From the NCBI GenBank assembly GCA_043751475.1, contig JAYUZV010000014.1, positions 1 through 57,520 of the forward strand: a DNA stretch of 57,520 nt. Direction: 5' to 3'. The DNA is from Chlamydiia bacterium. GTDB lineage: Bacteria > Chlamydiota > Chlamydiia > Chlamydiales > JAYUZV01. Position numbers and translations under genes: made by a program. How positions within the stretch are numbered: the first letter of the stretch is position 1; each line of letters starts with the position of its first letter. The notes beneath the pieces are model-generated. The model did no database searches. It saw only the letters and a program-made list of their open reading frames with translations, and was not told the DNA's origin. Shown here one piece after another: positions 9,290 through 17,379 of this stretch.

Positions 9290-10966
9290 ATGGAAAAGAG
9301 CGAAGGAAAAGATTTCATCCGCAAAATAATTGAGCAAGATCTGGCCTCCGGCAAAAATGAGGGCAAAGTTGTTACCAGATTTCCACCAGAGCCGAACGGC
9401 TTTTTGCATATCGGCCACGCTAAATCGATCTGTCTCAACTTTGGCCTCGCGCAGGAGTATAACGGCGCGTGCCACCTGCGCTTTGACGACACCGATCCAA
9501 CGAAAGAAGATGTGATCTATGAAAAAGGCATTCAAGAGGATGTGCTCTGGCTCGGCTTTAGTTGGAACAGAAACCTCTTTCACGCCTCTGACTACTTCGA
9601 AAAAATGTACGATTACGCGCTAGATCTGATTAAATCAGGCAAGGCCTATGTCTGCGGCCTTAACGAAGAGGAGATTCGTAGCACGCGCGGAACAGTTACA
9701 ACAGCTGGAACTATCAGCCCCTACTACACCAAACACTCTGTAGAGGATAATCTCGACCTTTTTTCCCGTATGCGCGCGGGTGAATTTAAAGACGGCACCT
9801 ACGTGCTGCGCGCGCGCATCGACATGAGCGCTCCCAACATGAAGCTGCGAGACCCACTCCTCTACCGCATCCGCCACGCCACCCACTACCGGACAGGTGA
9901 CAAGTGGTGCATCTACCCGATGTACGACTATGCCCATCCGATTTCTGATGCCCTCGAAGGGATCACCCACTCAATCTGCACCCTCGAGTTCGAGAATAAT
10001 CGACCGCTCTATGACTGGGTTCTGGACAATATCGAAACCACATTTCCTTCAAGACCGCGCCAGTATGAGTTTGCTAGGCTCGACCTGCAGCAGACTGTTA
10101 TGAGCAAGCGCAAGTTGCTACAACTTGTACAGCAGAAATATGTCGATGGATGGGACGATCCGCGTCTGCCTACTATCGCTGGCCTGCGCCGTCGCGGCTG
10201 CACGGCCGAAGCGATCCGTCAATTTTGCGATCTTATCGGCATTGCCAAGGCCAATAGCTCTGTGGAAAGTGGTCAGTTTGAGTTCTGCCTGCGCGATAAC
10301 CTCAATACAAAATCGCCGCGCGTCATGGCTGTTCTGCGGCCACTGAAAGTTATTATCGATAACTTTCCAGAAAACCACACCGAGTGGCTCGAAGCCTCCT
10401 ACTGGCCCCACGACATTCCCAAAACTGGCTCACGCCAGATCCCTTTTACACGCGAGCTCTATATTGAACAGGACGACTTTTCAGAAAATCCGCCAAAAGA
10501 CTTTTTTCGGCTTGCTGTAGGACGTGAAGTGCGCCTACGCTATGGCTACTGCATCACCTGCACACACGTCGAGCGCGCGGAGCAGACCGGCGAAATCATC
10601 GCCCTACATTGCACCTACGATAGCGAGACACGCAGCGGTGGCCCCCCCATGACCCGCAAGGTCAAAGGGGCTATTCACTGGGTCTCCACCAAAAGTCTAG
10701 TTGCTGAGGTTCACCTCTACAGCCCACTTCTTCTAGATACCCCATCCGATGACGAATTCCTGGCGCAAATTAACCCCCATTCGCGCGAAATTCTCAAATA
10801 TTGCCGCCTTGAGCTCTCGCTTGAAAAGGCCCTGCCCGGCGAGCACTACCAGTTCGAGCGTCAAGGCTACTTCTACGTCGATCCTATATCGTCCGCTCCC
10901 GGCACACCCGTCTTCAACCGCACCGTCTCACTAAAGGACTCCTGGAGTAAATCACAACGTGCTTGA
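9290..10966 (+). CDS. glnS: glutaminyl-tRNA synthetase
   Basis: 558 aa class I aaRS. HIGH motif (PEPNGFLHIGHAKS), KMSKS variant (VMSKRK), and GlnRS-type C-terminal anticodon-binding beta-barrels (YQFERQGYFYVD). Confidence 0.9.
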   Translation: MEKSEGKDFIRKIIEQDLASGKNEGKVVTRFPPEPNGFLHIGHAKSICLNFGLAQEYNGACHLRFDDTDPTKEDVIYEKGIQEDVLWLGFSWNRNLFHASDYFEKMYDYALDLIKSGKAYVCGLNEEEIRSTRGTVTTAGTISPYYTKHSVEDNLDLFSRMRAGEFKDGTYVLRARIDMSAPNMKLRDPLLYRIRHATHYRTGDKWCIYPMYDYAHPISDALEGITHSICTLEFENNRPLYDWVLDNIETTFPSRPRQYEFARLDLQQTVMSKRKLLQLVQQKYVDGWDDPRLPTIAGLRRRGCTAEAIRQFCDLIGIAKANSSVESGQFEFCLRDNLNTKSPRVMAVLRPLKVIIDNFPENHTEWLEASYWPHDIPKTGSRQIPFTRELYIEQDDFSENPPKDFFRLAVGREVRLRYGYCITCTHVERAEQTGEIIALHCTYDSETRSGGPPMTRKVKGAIHWVSTKSLVAEVHLYSPLLLDTPSDDEFLAQINPHSREILKYCRLELSLEKALPGEHYQFERQGYFYVDPISSAPGTPVFNRTVSLKDSWSKSQRA

Positions 10967-11272
10967 GCGAGCAGCAAAGCAGCTGACCAACCGAGAGCCC
11001 CCTCCAGAACAAAACTTTACATCTTTTCCACCCAAGACCTAGCATAAACTGCACCTATCAAAATAAGAGCAGCTAATTTGTCGAATTTTTATCGACAAGA
11101 GATCTTTGCCAAAATATGCGAACTCCCCCCCCCTTTAAGAGGACGACTTCTACTAACCCAGTTAAAAATCTCAAAAAGGCGCGGACTAATTCACAACAGG
11201 AAATAAACTAAACTAATTAACAGCTATTTATCTTGTTTTTTTAATCGCCTGTTTTTACAGTTAGGCTTTACT

Positions 11273-12637
11273 ATGAAATTAAAGAGTACCATGACATCTC
11301 CTCAACTCCAGCGCGGACTTAAAGAGAGGCATATCAGCCTGATTGCCCTTGGCGGCATCATCGGATCCTCCTATTTTCTTGGAACGGGTTATCTACTCAA
11401 AGAGGTTGGGCCCGCAGCCTTTATCGCTTATGCGCTCGGCGGCCTTATCTCCTATCTAACACTCGCCTGCCTGGCCGAACTAGCCGTCTCATCACCCGCA
11501 CAAGGATCATTTGTTAATTCAGCAGAAAAGTATATCTCACCTGCTTGGGCGTGTGGAGTTGGTTGGTCTTACTGGTTTAATTGGGTAATTTACATTCCGT
11601 CCGAATGTATTGCCGGTGGAATCATCATGCAAAACTTTGTACCAGGCGTTCCCATTTATATCTGGGCCCTCTTTTTCGCGGTGATTATTACCTTTTCTAA
11701 CATTATCAATGTTAAAGCCTTCGGCGAGCTCGAATTCTGGCTCTCTCTTATTAAAATCGCCCTTTTAATCGGCTTTTCTGTTCTAGCTGCCCTAATTTTT
11801 TTCGGCTGGATCGGCTCTCTTCACGCACCCATTGGTACACGATACCTACTAGGTGACGGGGGTCTTTTGCCAAATGGCCTTGGTCTGCTTTTCATCAATA
11901 TGGTGATACTCATGTCCAACTTTCAGGGGTCAGAAATTATCGGACTGACTGCTTCTGAAGCAGAAAATCCTGAAAAAGCAATCCCAGCGGCACTCAATAA
12001 AGTGACCTTCCGCATCATTGGAATTTATGTGATTCCAACCTTTATGCTCGCACTTATTCTTCCTTGGCGTGATGGCGGCCTGGAACAGAGCGCATTCTCT
12101 GTTGCTCTCTCGAAATACGGCCTCAACCATGTCGCCCATCTCTTCAGCTTTCTTATCATTACAGGGGCTCTTTCAAGTGCTAATAGTGGTGTTTATGCAA
12201 CTGTACGCACTCTTCTTGCTTTATGCCAAAAGGGAATGGGGCCCAAAGCACTAACTAAAATTAATAGAAACGGAGTTCCTACCTACGCCACCTATGCTAC
12301 ACTTTTGGCTGTCTGGAGCCTACTGATTATTGCCTGTTTTTTTATATCCCCTAAACTCTATGCTTTACTACTAGCAACTTCTGGGTTTACAGGCTCGATC
12401 TGCTGGATTTCTATCTGCTGGGCACAACTGCGCTTTAGAAAAGAGGCAAAAAATCTCGGCATCAAACTAGCCTATAAAGTTCCTTTTTTTCCCTACCTCA
12501 CTCTTTTTTCCATCATTATCCAAGTGATTATTCTGTTTGTCGTTCTCATTGAACCAAACCTGCGTCCGGCCTTCTACTTCGGCCTACCTGTCCTCCTCCT
12601 CCCCATCCTCTGGCACAAAAAATACCGCTCCACTTAA
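11273..12637 (+). CDS. amino acid permease, APC superfamily (LysP/AroP-like)
   Basis: 454 aa with about 12 hydrophobic segments. N-terminal LKERHISLIALGGIIGSSYFLGTG signature and mid-protein FQGSEIIGLTASEAENPEK. Confidence 0.85.
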   Translation: MKLKSTMTSPQLQRGLKERHISLIALGGIIGSSYFLGTGYLLKEVGPAAFIAYALGGLISYLTLACLAELAVSSPAQGSFVNSAEKYISPAWACGVGWSYWFNWVIYIPSECIAGGIIMQNFVPGVPIYIWALFFAVIITFSNIINVKAFGELEFWLSLIKIALLIGFSVLAALIFFGWIGSLHAPIGTRYLLGDGGLLPNGLGLLFINMVILMSNFQGSEIIGLTASEAENPEKAIPAALNKVTFRIIGIYVIPTFMLALILPWRDGGLEQSAFSVALSKYGLNHVAHLFSFLIITGALSSANSGVYATVRTLLALCQKGMGPKALTKINRNGVPTYATYATLLAVWSLLIIACFFISPKLYALLLATSGFTGSICWISICWAQLRFRKEAKNLGIKLAYKVPFFPYLTLFSIIIQVIILFVVLIEPNLRPAFYFGLPVLLLPILWHKKYRST

Positions 12638-12652
12638 GTACCCTTTGCTCTT

Positions 12653-13436
12653 ATGCTCGAAGTAAAAATGAGCACTATTATGAAAAAGGAACGCCTTGGT
12701 TTACCGCCTGAATATAAAAAACAGCCCGAATATTTTGATGCCTTTAACCTTAATGATGAGACCGATCAAAAAAACAGCGCAATTGAGAACCTTCTCAGAG
12801 AGCATGGAGTTAAAACCATCCTCGATATGACCTATGGCACTGGCTCACAAGTCTTTTTTCTTGGCAAACGCGGCTATCAAGTCACGGGCTCTGATTTTAG
12901 CCCCGATCTGCTAAAAATCGCGCGCAAAAAAGCCTCCGATCAACAACTCAACGTGCCATTTATATATGGCAACATGCCCACACTTAAAGCGGGCCATTTT
13001 GACGCCGCGATTACGATATTTAACGCTGTCGGACACTTGAAAAAAGCGGGATTTGAAAAGGCAATGCGCAATATTGCACGCAACTTAAACCCAGGTGGCA
13101 TCTATCTCTTTGACATCCTCAATTTGGAAGCTATGACAGAAGATGTGGTGAGCAATTTAGCGATCTATCTGCAAAAAAAGGTCGGCGATAAAACTGTCCA
13201 ACCTAGATAAAAGTAGCGGCATACTCACGTCCTACAACAATTACATCATCCAAAAAAATGGCGAAAAACCAGAAAGATTTCACTCCAGATTCTCTCTCCA
13301 ACTCTACACAAGCAGTGAGCTCAAGGAAATGCTCACCAGAAACGGTTTTGACCCAATCGGTCAATACACCTTCGATGGCACCCCTTTCTCCATAAACAAA
13401 AGCCCATCCATCCTCACCCTCGCAAGAAAAAAATAA
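12653..13436 (+). pseudogene. class I SAM-dependent methyltransferase interrupted by a +1 frameshift
   Basis: The N-terminal 185 aa (ILDMTYGTGSQVFFLGKRGYQVTGSDFS, NPGGIYLFD) end at the TAA at 13208-13210. The next frame continues open from 13161 to the TAA at 13434-13436 and encodes a typical C-terminus (...LDKSSGILTSYNNYIIQKNGEKPERFHSRFSLQLYTSSELKEMLTRNGFDPIGQYTFDGTPF...). Confidence 0.7.
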
Positions 13437-13627
13437 AACCTCAGATCTTTCTTAAGATAAGAAAATGCAGCCCCGGTGAGACCCCAGAATTCTCATCTTT
13501 TATATATATTTGCAGTTCCTTGTACGCCTCTGAAAGATCTACCGGAATTTCGTAACCCTTTTTCAGAATGCTTAAAAAAAGCAACGCATGATTGAAATAA
13601 CGCTCGCGGTCCGTTGAAATAGCTGAT

Positions 13628-14092
13628 TCACCTAGGTCGTAGGAGTAGTCCGCGGGTCTGCGGGTTATTTTCAAAGTATTTAATGAAAAAGGTTTTGGAA
13701 AGAGCGGGATTGTATCTGTTAATACGGACAAATTCGACCTCAAAACCACATTTTTTGTAAAATTCAGGCGCCTGAAAGTGGTTTGTTACAAGGTTGATAT
13801 TATTGTATTCCTGATCTTTAAAATGGTTTTCAACCTCGTGCAATAAATGACGCCCCAATCCTCGCTTATGCCATTTAGGGTCCACCCAGAGATCATCTAC
13901 ATAAATCTCTGTAAAAGCGGTGTAGCCTCTTAACAAACCAGAGATCTCTTCACCATTTGTAGCAATCAGTGAAAAGCGCTTATCATCGCAGACGATCCCC
14001 TTACGCGCCTCATCACGTGCATGGCCTTGTTCCACCCTTATCCGGAGATCCTCTGGAACCTTATCCACCCACTCTATCCGACAATCACTCAT
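13628..14092 (-). CDS. GNAT family N-acetyltransferase
   Basis: 154 aa. Acetyl-CoA binding region VDPKWHKRGLGRHLLHEVE (Q/RxxGxG/A) and C-terminal FYKKCGFEV. The ATG lies 3 nt after the stop of the upstream XRE gene. Confidence 0.8.
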   Translation of the reverse strand: MSDCRIEWVDKVPEDLRIRVEQGHARDEARKGIVCDDKRFSLIATNGEEISGLLRGYTAFTEIYVDDLWVDPKWHKRGLGRHLLHEVENHFKDQEYNNINLVTNHFQAPEFYKKCGFEVEFVRINRYNPALSKTFFIKYFENNPQTRGLLLRPR

Positions 14093-14095
14093 GCT

Positions 14096-14311
14096 TTAAA
14101 GAAATAATCTGTAATCTGTTTTAAAAAATAGAGCCAGTCGCTTAACCATTTCCTTGCCAATCGGTCTCTTCCCATTTTCCATTTCACTAATATGGTGCGT
14201 ACGGATACCAAGCGCCTCTGCAACTTCCCTCTGGGTCAACTCTCTCTTATGACGATTACCTCTGAGTAATACCCCGGGCTCACTATACTTTTCCAAGTGC
14301 TCTTTAAGCAA
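14096..14311 (-). CDS. XRE-family helix-turn-helix protein (antitoxin-like)
   Basis: 71 aa. LTQREVAEALGIRTHHISEMENGKRPIGKEMVKRLA is a canonical Cro/C1 HTH. The start is a TTG in the ORF track, and the frame is open back to the toxin remnant stop. Confidence 0.8.
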   Translation of the reverse strand: MLKEHLEKYSEPGVLLRGNRHKRELTQREVAEALGIRTHHISEMENGKRPIGKEMVKRLALFFKTDYRLFL

Positions 14312-14380
14312 CTCTCTCCATGGCAGAGATTTCTCTTCAGCTAAGCTCTTCTTAGTTTTGGATCTACTTTTACCGCCCTA

Positions 14381-14649
14381 TCAGTACGGCGCGTTTTCGT
14401 GTGTACCGACATAATATATCTCAACTTTCTTTACTTCTTTATCTACTCTCCAACACACAACATAGGTTGGACGTCCCTTTTTCAACTAAAATTCTTCTAA
14501 TCTTTACGAATCGGTCCGGCTACCTCTATCTCCGCTAACAACAAAGGAAGGAGATCCAAAACCTTAATAGGCATTTTCTTTGTCATTTTAGCCGCAGTGT
14601 TAGATAAAGTTACTGCCCAAAAAGATCTCTTTTTATCAACCCCAGTCAT
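14381..14649 (-). pseudogene. decayed RelE/ParE-superfamily toxin gene
   Basis: My minus-strand translation from the ATG at 14649 gives MTGVDKKRSFWAVTLSNTAAKMTKKMPIKVLDLLPLLLAEIEVAGPIRKD, then TAG (14499-14497). A different frame then gives KKGRPTYVVCWRVDKEVKKVEIYYVGTHENAPY* (TGA 14383-14381), a typical RelE/ParE C-terminus. The 269-nt span is not divisible by 3. Confidence 0.6.
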
Positions 14650-14681
14650 CCGTGCTATCGCCTTTGAAACATACGTTTGCT

Positions 14682-14702
14682 ATATACCAATCATTGGTAT
14701 AT
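14682..14702 (-). promoter_or_regulatory. 21-bp perfect palindrome, operator-like, upstream of the toxin/XRE/GNAT genes
   Basis: ATATACCAAT-C-ATTGGTATAT lies 33 nt upstream of the toxin-remnant ATG and contains TATAT(A) -10-like sequence. Confidence 0.5.
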
Positions 14703-14725
14703 TTTCTCGAGATTATTGAAGGTGT

Positions 14726-14749
14726 AAAAAGGGGCGCGGATGCGCCCCT
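14726..14749 (-). terminator. rho-independent terminator downstream of tRNA-Leu
   Basis: On the minus strand: AGGGGCGC-AUCC-GCGCCCCU followed by UUUUA. It starts 12 nt after the tRNA 3' end. Confidence 0.65.
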
Positions 14750-14760
14750 GGTTATGAAAA

Positions 14761-14844
14761 TGCTCGGAGCGGGAATTGAACCCGCACGGGATTACTCCCA
14801 AGGGATTTTAAGTCCCTTGCGTCTACCGATTCCGCCATCCGAGC
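14761..14844 (-). tRNA. tRNA-Leu (anticodon UAA), class II with long variable arm, no encoded CCA
   Basis: Folded by hand. Acceptor GCUCGGA/UCCGAGC plus discriminator A; anticodon stem AGGGA/UCCCU with loop CU-UAA-AA; variable arm UGGGAGUAAUCCCGU; T arm GCGGG-UUCAAUU-CCCGC. Confidence 0.9.
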
Positions 14845-14853
14845 AGATGGACT

Positions 14854-14882
14854 ATTGTAAACGGCTTTTACAAATGATTCAA
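14854..14882 (-). promoter_or_regulatory. promoter candidate for tRNA-Leu
   Basis: On the minus strand: TTGAAT (14882-14877), 17-nt spacer, TACAAT (14859-14854). The -10 ends 9 nt before the mature tRNA 5' end. Confidence 0.45.
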
Positions 14883-14915
14883 GCACTAAGAGAAGTGCCA
14901 AAATCGCCAACTTTT

Positions 14916-15503
14916 TTACTCGCCGCTCTCTTCCTCAGAAGACTCATCTGAAACCACCGGTGGTGCAGGAGGACGTCTTGGAGGCATAGGCGGTGTTGGG
15001 ATGCGGATTGAAGGGCGTGGAATTGGTGATAGAGTGGTCCTCTCGTTGTCCACAGAGATCTCACTCTCCGGCGCGTTTGCACGCGTCTCTTCCCTGTCCT
15101 CAGAAGAGGAGCTCTCTTCGCCGCCATCTTGGGTGACATTTCTGCCGCCGCGCTTCGATCTGCGGCTCTTCTTCTTACCAGATCTATCGACAGAGCTTTG
15201 AGGCTGTGGCGGAGAGTCCGCACCAGCGCCAATAGAAACTCTTCTGCTGCTAAGCTCTACATTTTTAAGAACAGCGCGCATCTCTTTTACCTCTACCACT
15301 TCAAAATCTGAAACGGGAACGATAAATGAGTAAGGGCTATCCGCGGTTGGGCGAAAGAAATAGGCGCTTCCAAAAGAGACAATTTCAATGGCGTCAACAA
15401 GGTACTCCTCGTGATCGCTGCTTTTTGTGGGGCGGACTGCAAGTTTATATCCGCTTTTTGCGGTTAATACCGATTCAACTAATGGGTGTCGTGTGTAATG
15501 CAC
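14916..15503 (-). CDS. hypothetical protein with a compact N-terminal domain and a disordered Ser/Arg/Glu/Pro-rich tail
   Basis: 195 aa. The first ~95 aa look globular. The remainder is low complexity (SSRRVSIGAGADSPPQPQSS..., KKKSRRSKRGGR, EESSSSEDREE, RIPTPPMPPRRPPAPPVV, SSEEESGE). Confidence 0.55.
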   Translation of the reverse strand: MHYTRHPLVESVLTAKSGYKLAVRPTKSSDHEEYLVDAIEIVSFGSAYFFRPTADSPYSFIVPVSDFEVVEVKEMRAVLKNVELSSRRVSIGAGADSPPQPQSSVDRSGKKKSRRSKRGGRNVTQDGGEESSSSEDREETRANAPESEISVDNERTTLSPIPRPSIRIPTPPMPPRRPPAPPVVSDESSEEESGE

Positions 15504-15746
15504 TGGTTTTTCCTTATCTATTCTACACCTTAATAAACCAAAGGAGCAAATGCAGGAGAGCGTACTTTTATTTGGTAGTTATAAAGAACAGGAAGAAGTA
15601 ATCCCCTCCACCGCTCATGGCAACCCGCATTAAAAGCTCCTAAGAGCCGTTTTCGGCACCACATCTACTAATAAATTCGCCAACCTTCTTCGCAACAACT
15701 CAATTTAAGAAAGTATTTGTTTCTTTTTTTCCCTTTTACGGGTCTT

Positions 15747-16763
15747 TTAATTCTCTTGTTTTGCCATATGGCAAATTAAATCTACCATTCTATTTGCGTA
15801 ACCAACCTCATTGTCATACCAAGCAATCAGCTTGTAAAAGGTTGAATTTAAAGCTATTCCGGCCTTTGCATCAAAAATGCAAGAGGCTCTGCAACCTATA
15901 AAGTCCGACGAGACAACCTCATCGTCACAATATTCAATAATTCCATTCATCTCGCGCGCTGCTGCATCTTTAATGCGCGCGCAAATTTCTGTGTAACTTG
16001 TCTCTTTTGCCAATTTCACTGTCAAATCGACAGCCGAAACGTCAATTGTCGGTATACGAAAGGCCATCCCGGTCAACTTGCCCTTCAATTGCGGCAAGCA
16101 GAGGGCAACCGCCTTTGCAGCACCCGTCGATGCGGGAATTGCGTTATGACTGGCCGCCCTACCGCCGCGAAAGTCCTTCTTGCTTGGGCTGTCCACAGTT
16201 GGCTGCGAAGCCGTCATGGCGTGAATGGTTGTCATCAACCCCTCCACAATCCCATACTCTGCGTCTAGCAGCTTAGCCAGTGGTGCCAAACAGTTAGTGG
16301 TGCACGAAGCGTTTGAAAGAATAAAATCCTTTTTAGGATTGTACTCTTTATGGTTAACCCCCATAACATAAACCGGCATGTCATCGCGTGGTGGCGCAGA
16401 TAGCAATACCCTTTTAGCGCCCGCTTTTAAATGTTTTCGCAGCTCCTCTTCCTTAGTAAAGCGCCCCGTTGAATCAACCACATAGGCAACACCGAGGCGC
16501 TCCCAAGGAAGATTTTCTGGGTCAGCTTCATTAAAGACCGCAATAGAGTGGCCGGCAGCAGTCAGAGCACTCTCTGTCCACTCGACTGCAAATGGTGCCC
16601 TACCATGAACCGTATCGTATTTCAATAGATAAGCAAGGTTATCCGGATCAACAAGATCGTTAATGGCAACAACTGTTATACCCTTAACATCTCGCTCTAT
16701 CAAAGCACGAAGAAAAAGCCTACCAATTCTTCCAAAACCGTTGATTGCAACACGTATACTCAT
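15747..16763 (-). CDS. gap: glyceraldehyde-3-phosphate dehydrogenase
   Basis: [18 protein letters not shown]-binding N-terminus and active-site [12 protein letters not shown]. The start is placed at the ATG at 16763, because the upstream 41 codons of ORF 15747..16886 do not resemble GAPDH. Confidence 0.9.
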   Translation of the reverse strand: MSIRVAINGFGRIGRLFLRALIERDVKGITVVAINDLVDPDNLAYLLKYDTVHGRAPFAVEWTESALTAAGHSIAVFNEADPENLPWERLGVAYVVDSTGRFTKEEELRKHLKAGAKRVLLSAPPRDDMPVYVMGVNHKEYNPKKDFILSNASCTTNCLAPLAKLLDAEYGIVEGLMTTIHAMTASQPTVDSPSKKDFRGGRAASHNAIPASTGAAKAVALCLPQLKGKLTGMAFRIPTIDVSAVDLTVKLAKETSYTEICARIKDAAAREMNGIIEYCDDEVVSSDFIGCRASCIFDAKAGIALNSTFYKLIAWYDNEVGYANRMVDLICHMAKQEN

Positions 16764-16911
16764 TTGGAAGCTTGCCCAGCACAGCCTATCTTCTTTAAAG
16801 ATAGCGCGAAAGAAATAGAATGTAAAGGAAAATACAAAACAGAAGACCCAGCATGCAGGATAATAAGCCTGTGCCGGGTCTAACAACTATTATTTAAACA
16901 GGCGCTGCCGA

Positions 16912-17340
16912 TTAAGTCGCTGGCAAGAACTCCAAAAGGCAAACCTCTACCCCATCTCCGCGACGCATACCAGTACGAACCATACGTGTATACCCACCGG
17001 CTCTACCTGCAAAACGTATTGCTAACTCTTTAAGCTTACCCATTACAAAGCGATCCAAATTGTATCCACTTGTGTTACCAGCTTTTGCGCGCCTTTCCTC
17101 TACAGGAGTAAGCTCGTTATAGCGCACTTGCATAGCTTGGATCGCGCGTCTATCACCAGCCAAGTCTCCCTGTTTTGCAAGGGTCACCATATGCTCGGCA
17201 TGCCGTCTAACCTCTTTCGCTTTTGGAACAGTCGTTTCAACATAGCCAATTGCAACAAGAGATTTTACCATGTTGGCGCACATCGCTTTAAGATGCGAGC
17301 CTGTTCTACCTAGTTTAACTGTCCGTTTGCGGTGTCTCAT
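16912..17340 (-). CDS. rplQ: 50S ribosomal protein L17
   Basis: MRHRKRTVKLGRTGSHLKAM... L17 N-terminus; located after rpoA. Confidence 0.9.
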   Translation of the reverse strand: MRHRKRTVKLGRTGSHLKAMCANMVKSLVAIGYVETTVPKAKEVRRHAEHMVTLAKQGDLAGDRRAIQAMQVRYNELTPVEERRAKAGNTSGYNLDRFVMGKLKELAIRFAGRAGGYTRMVRTGMRRGDGVEVCLLEFLPAT

Positions 17341-17379
17341 AATTTCTTCTACCTTTTGTCAATTCACTTTTACTATTTT

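Noticed and set aside
9200-9583. 127-aa minus-strand ORF across the glnS start
   Set aside because: It is antisense to the HIGH-motif region of a clearly intact glnS, and no motif or RBS supports it.
11078-11098. Inverted repeat TTGTCGA-ATTTTTA-TCGACAA in the glnS-permease spacer
   Set aside because: It is short (7 bp) and not positioned next to an obvious promoter or followed by a T-run. I also looked for riboswitch or T-box-like structure in this 306-nt leader and saw none.
12653-12662. ATGCTCGAAG resembling the tRNA-Leu-proximal ATGCTCGGAG (14760..14769) as a possible att direct repeat bounding the islet
   Set aside because: It is only 10 nt with one mismatch, which is well within chance for a 2-kb interval. 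No integrase is present to support an integration model.
13441-13749. 102-aa minus-strand ORF downstream of the GNAT gene
   Set aside because: Its first 122 nt overlap the GNAT coding region in another frame, and the non-overlapping part has no ATG/GTG start and no motif I recognise. It may be a gene remnant, but I cannot support a call.
14652-14951. 99-aa plus-strand ORF
   Set aside because: It runs antisense straight through the tRNA-Leu gene, its terminator and its promoter, so it is an artefact of an open frame.
16764-16886. 41-codon N-terminal extension of the gap ORF (similarly 48142..48432 for the ORF downstream of dacC, 29962..30018 for rplC, and 34536..34598 for lpxA)
   Set aside because: The extensions precede canonical N-termini ([28 protein letters not shown] and so on) or overlap neighbouring genes. 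I treated them as ORF-finder over-extension.
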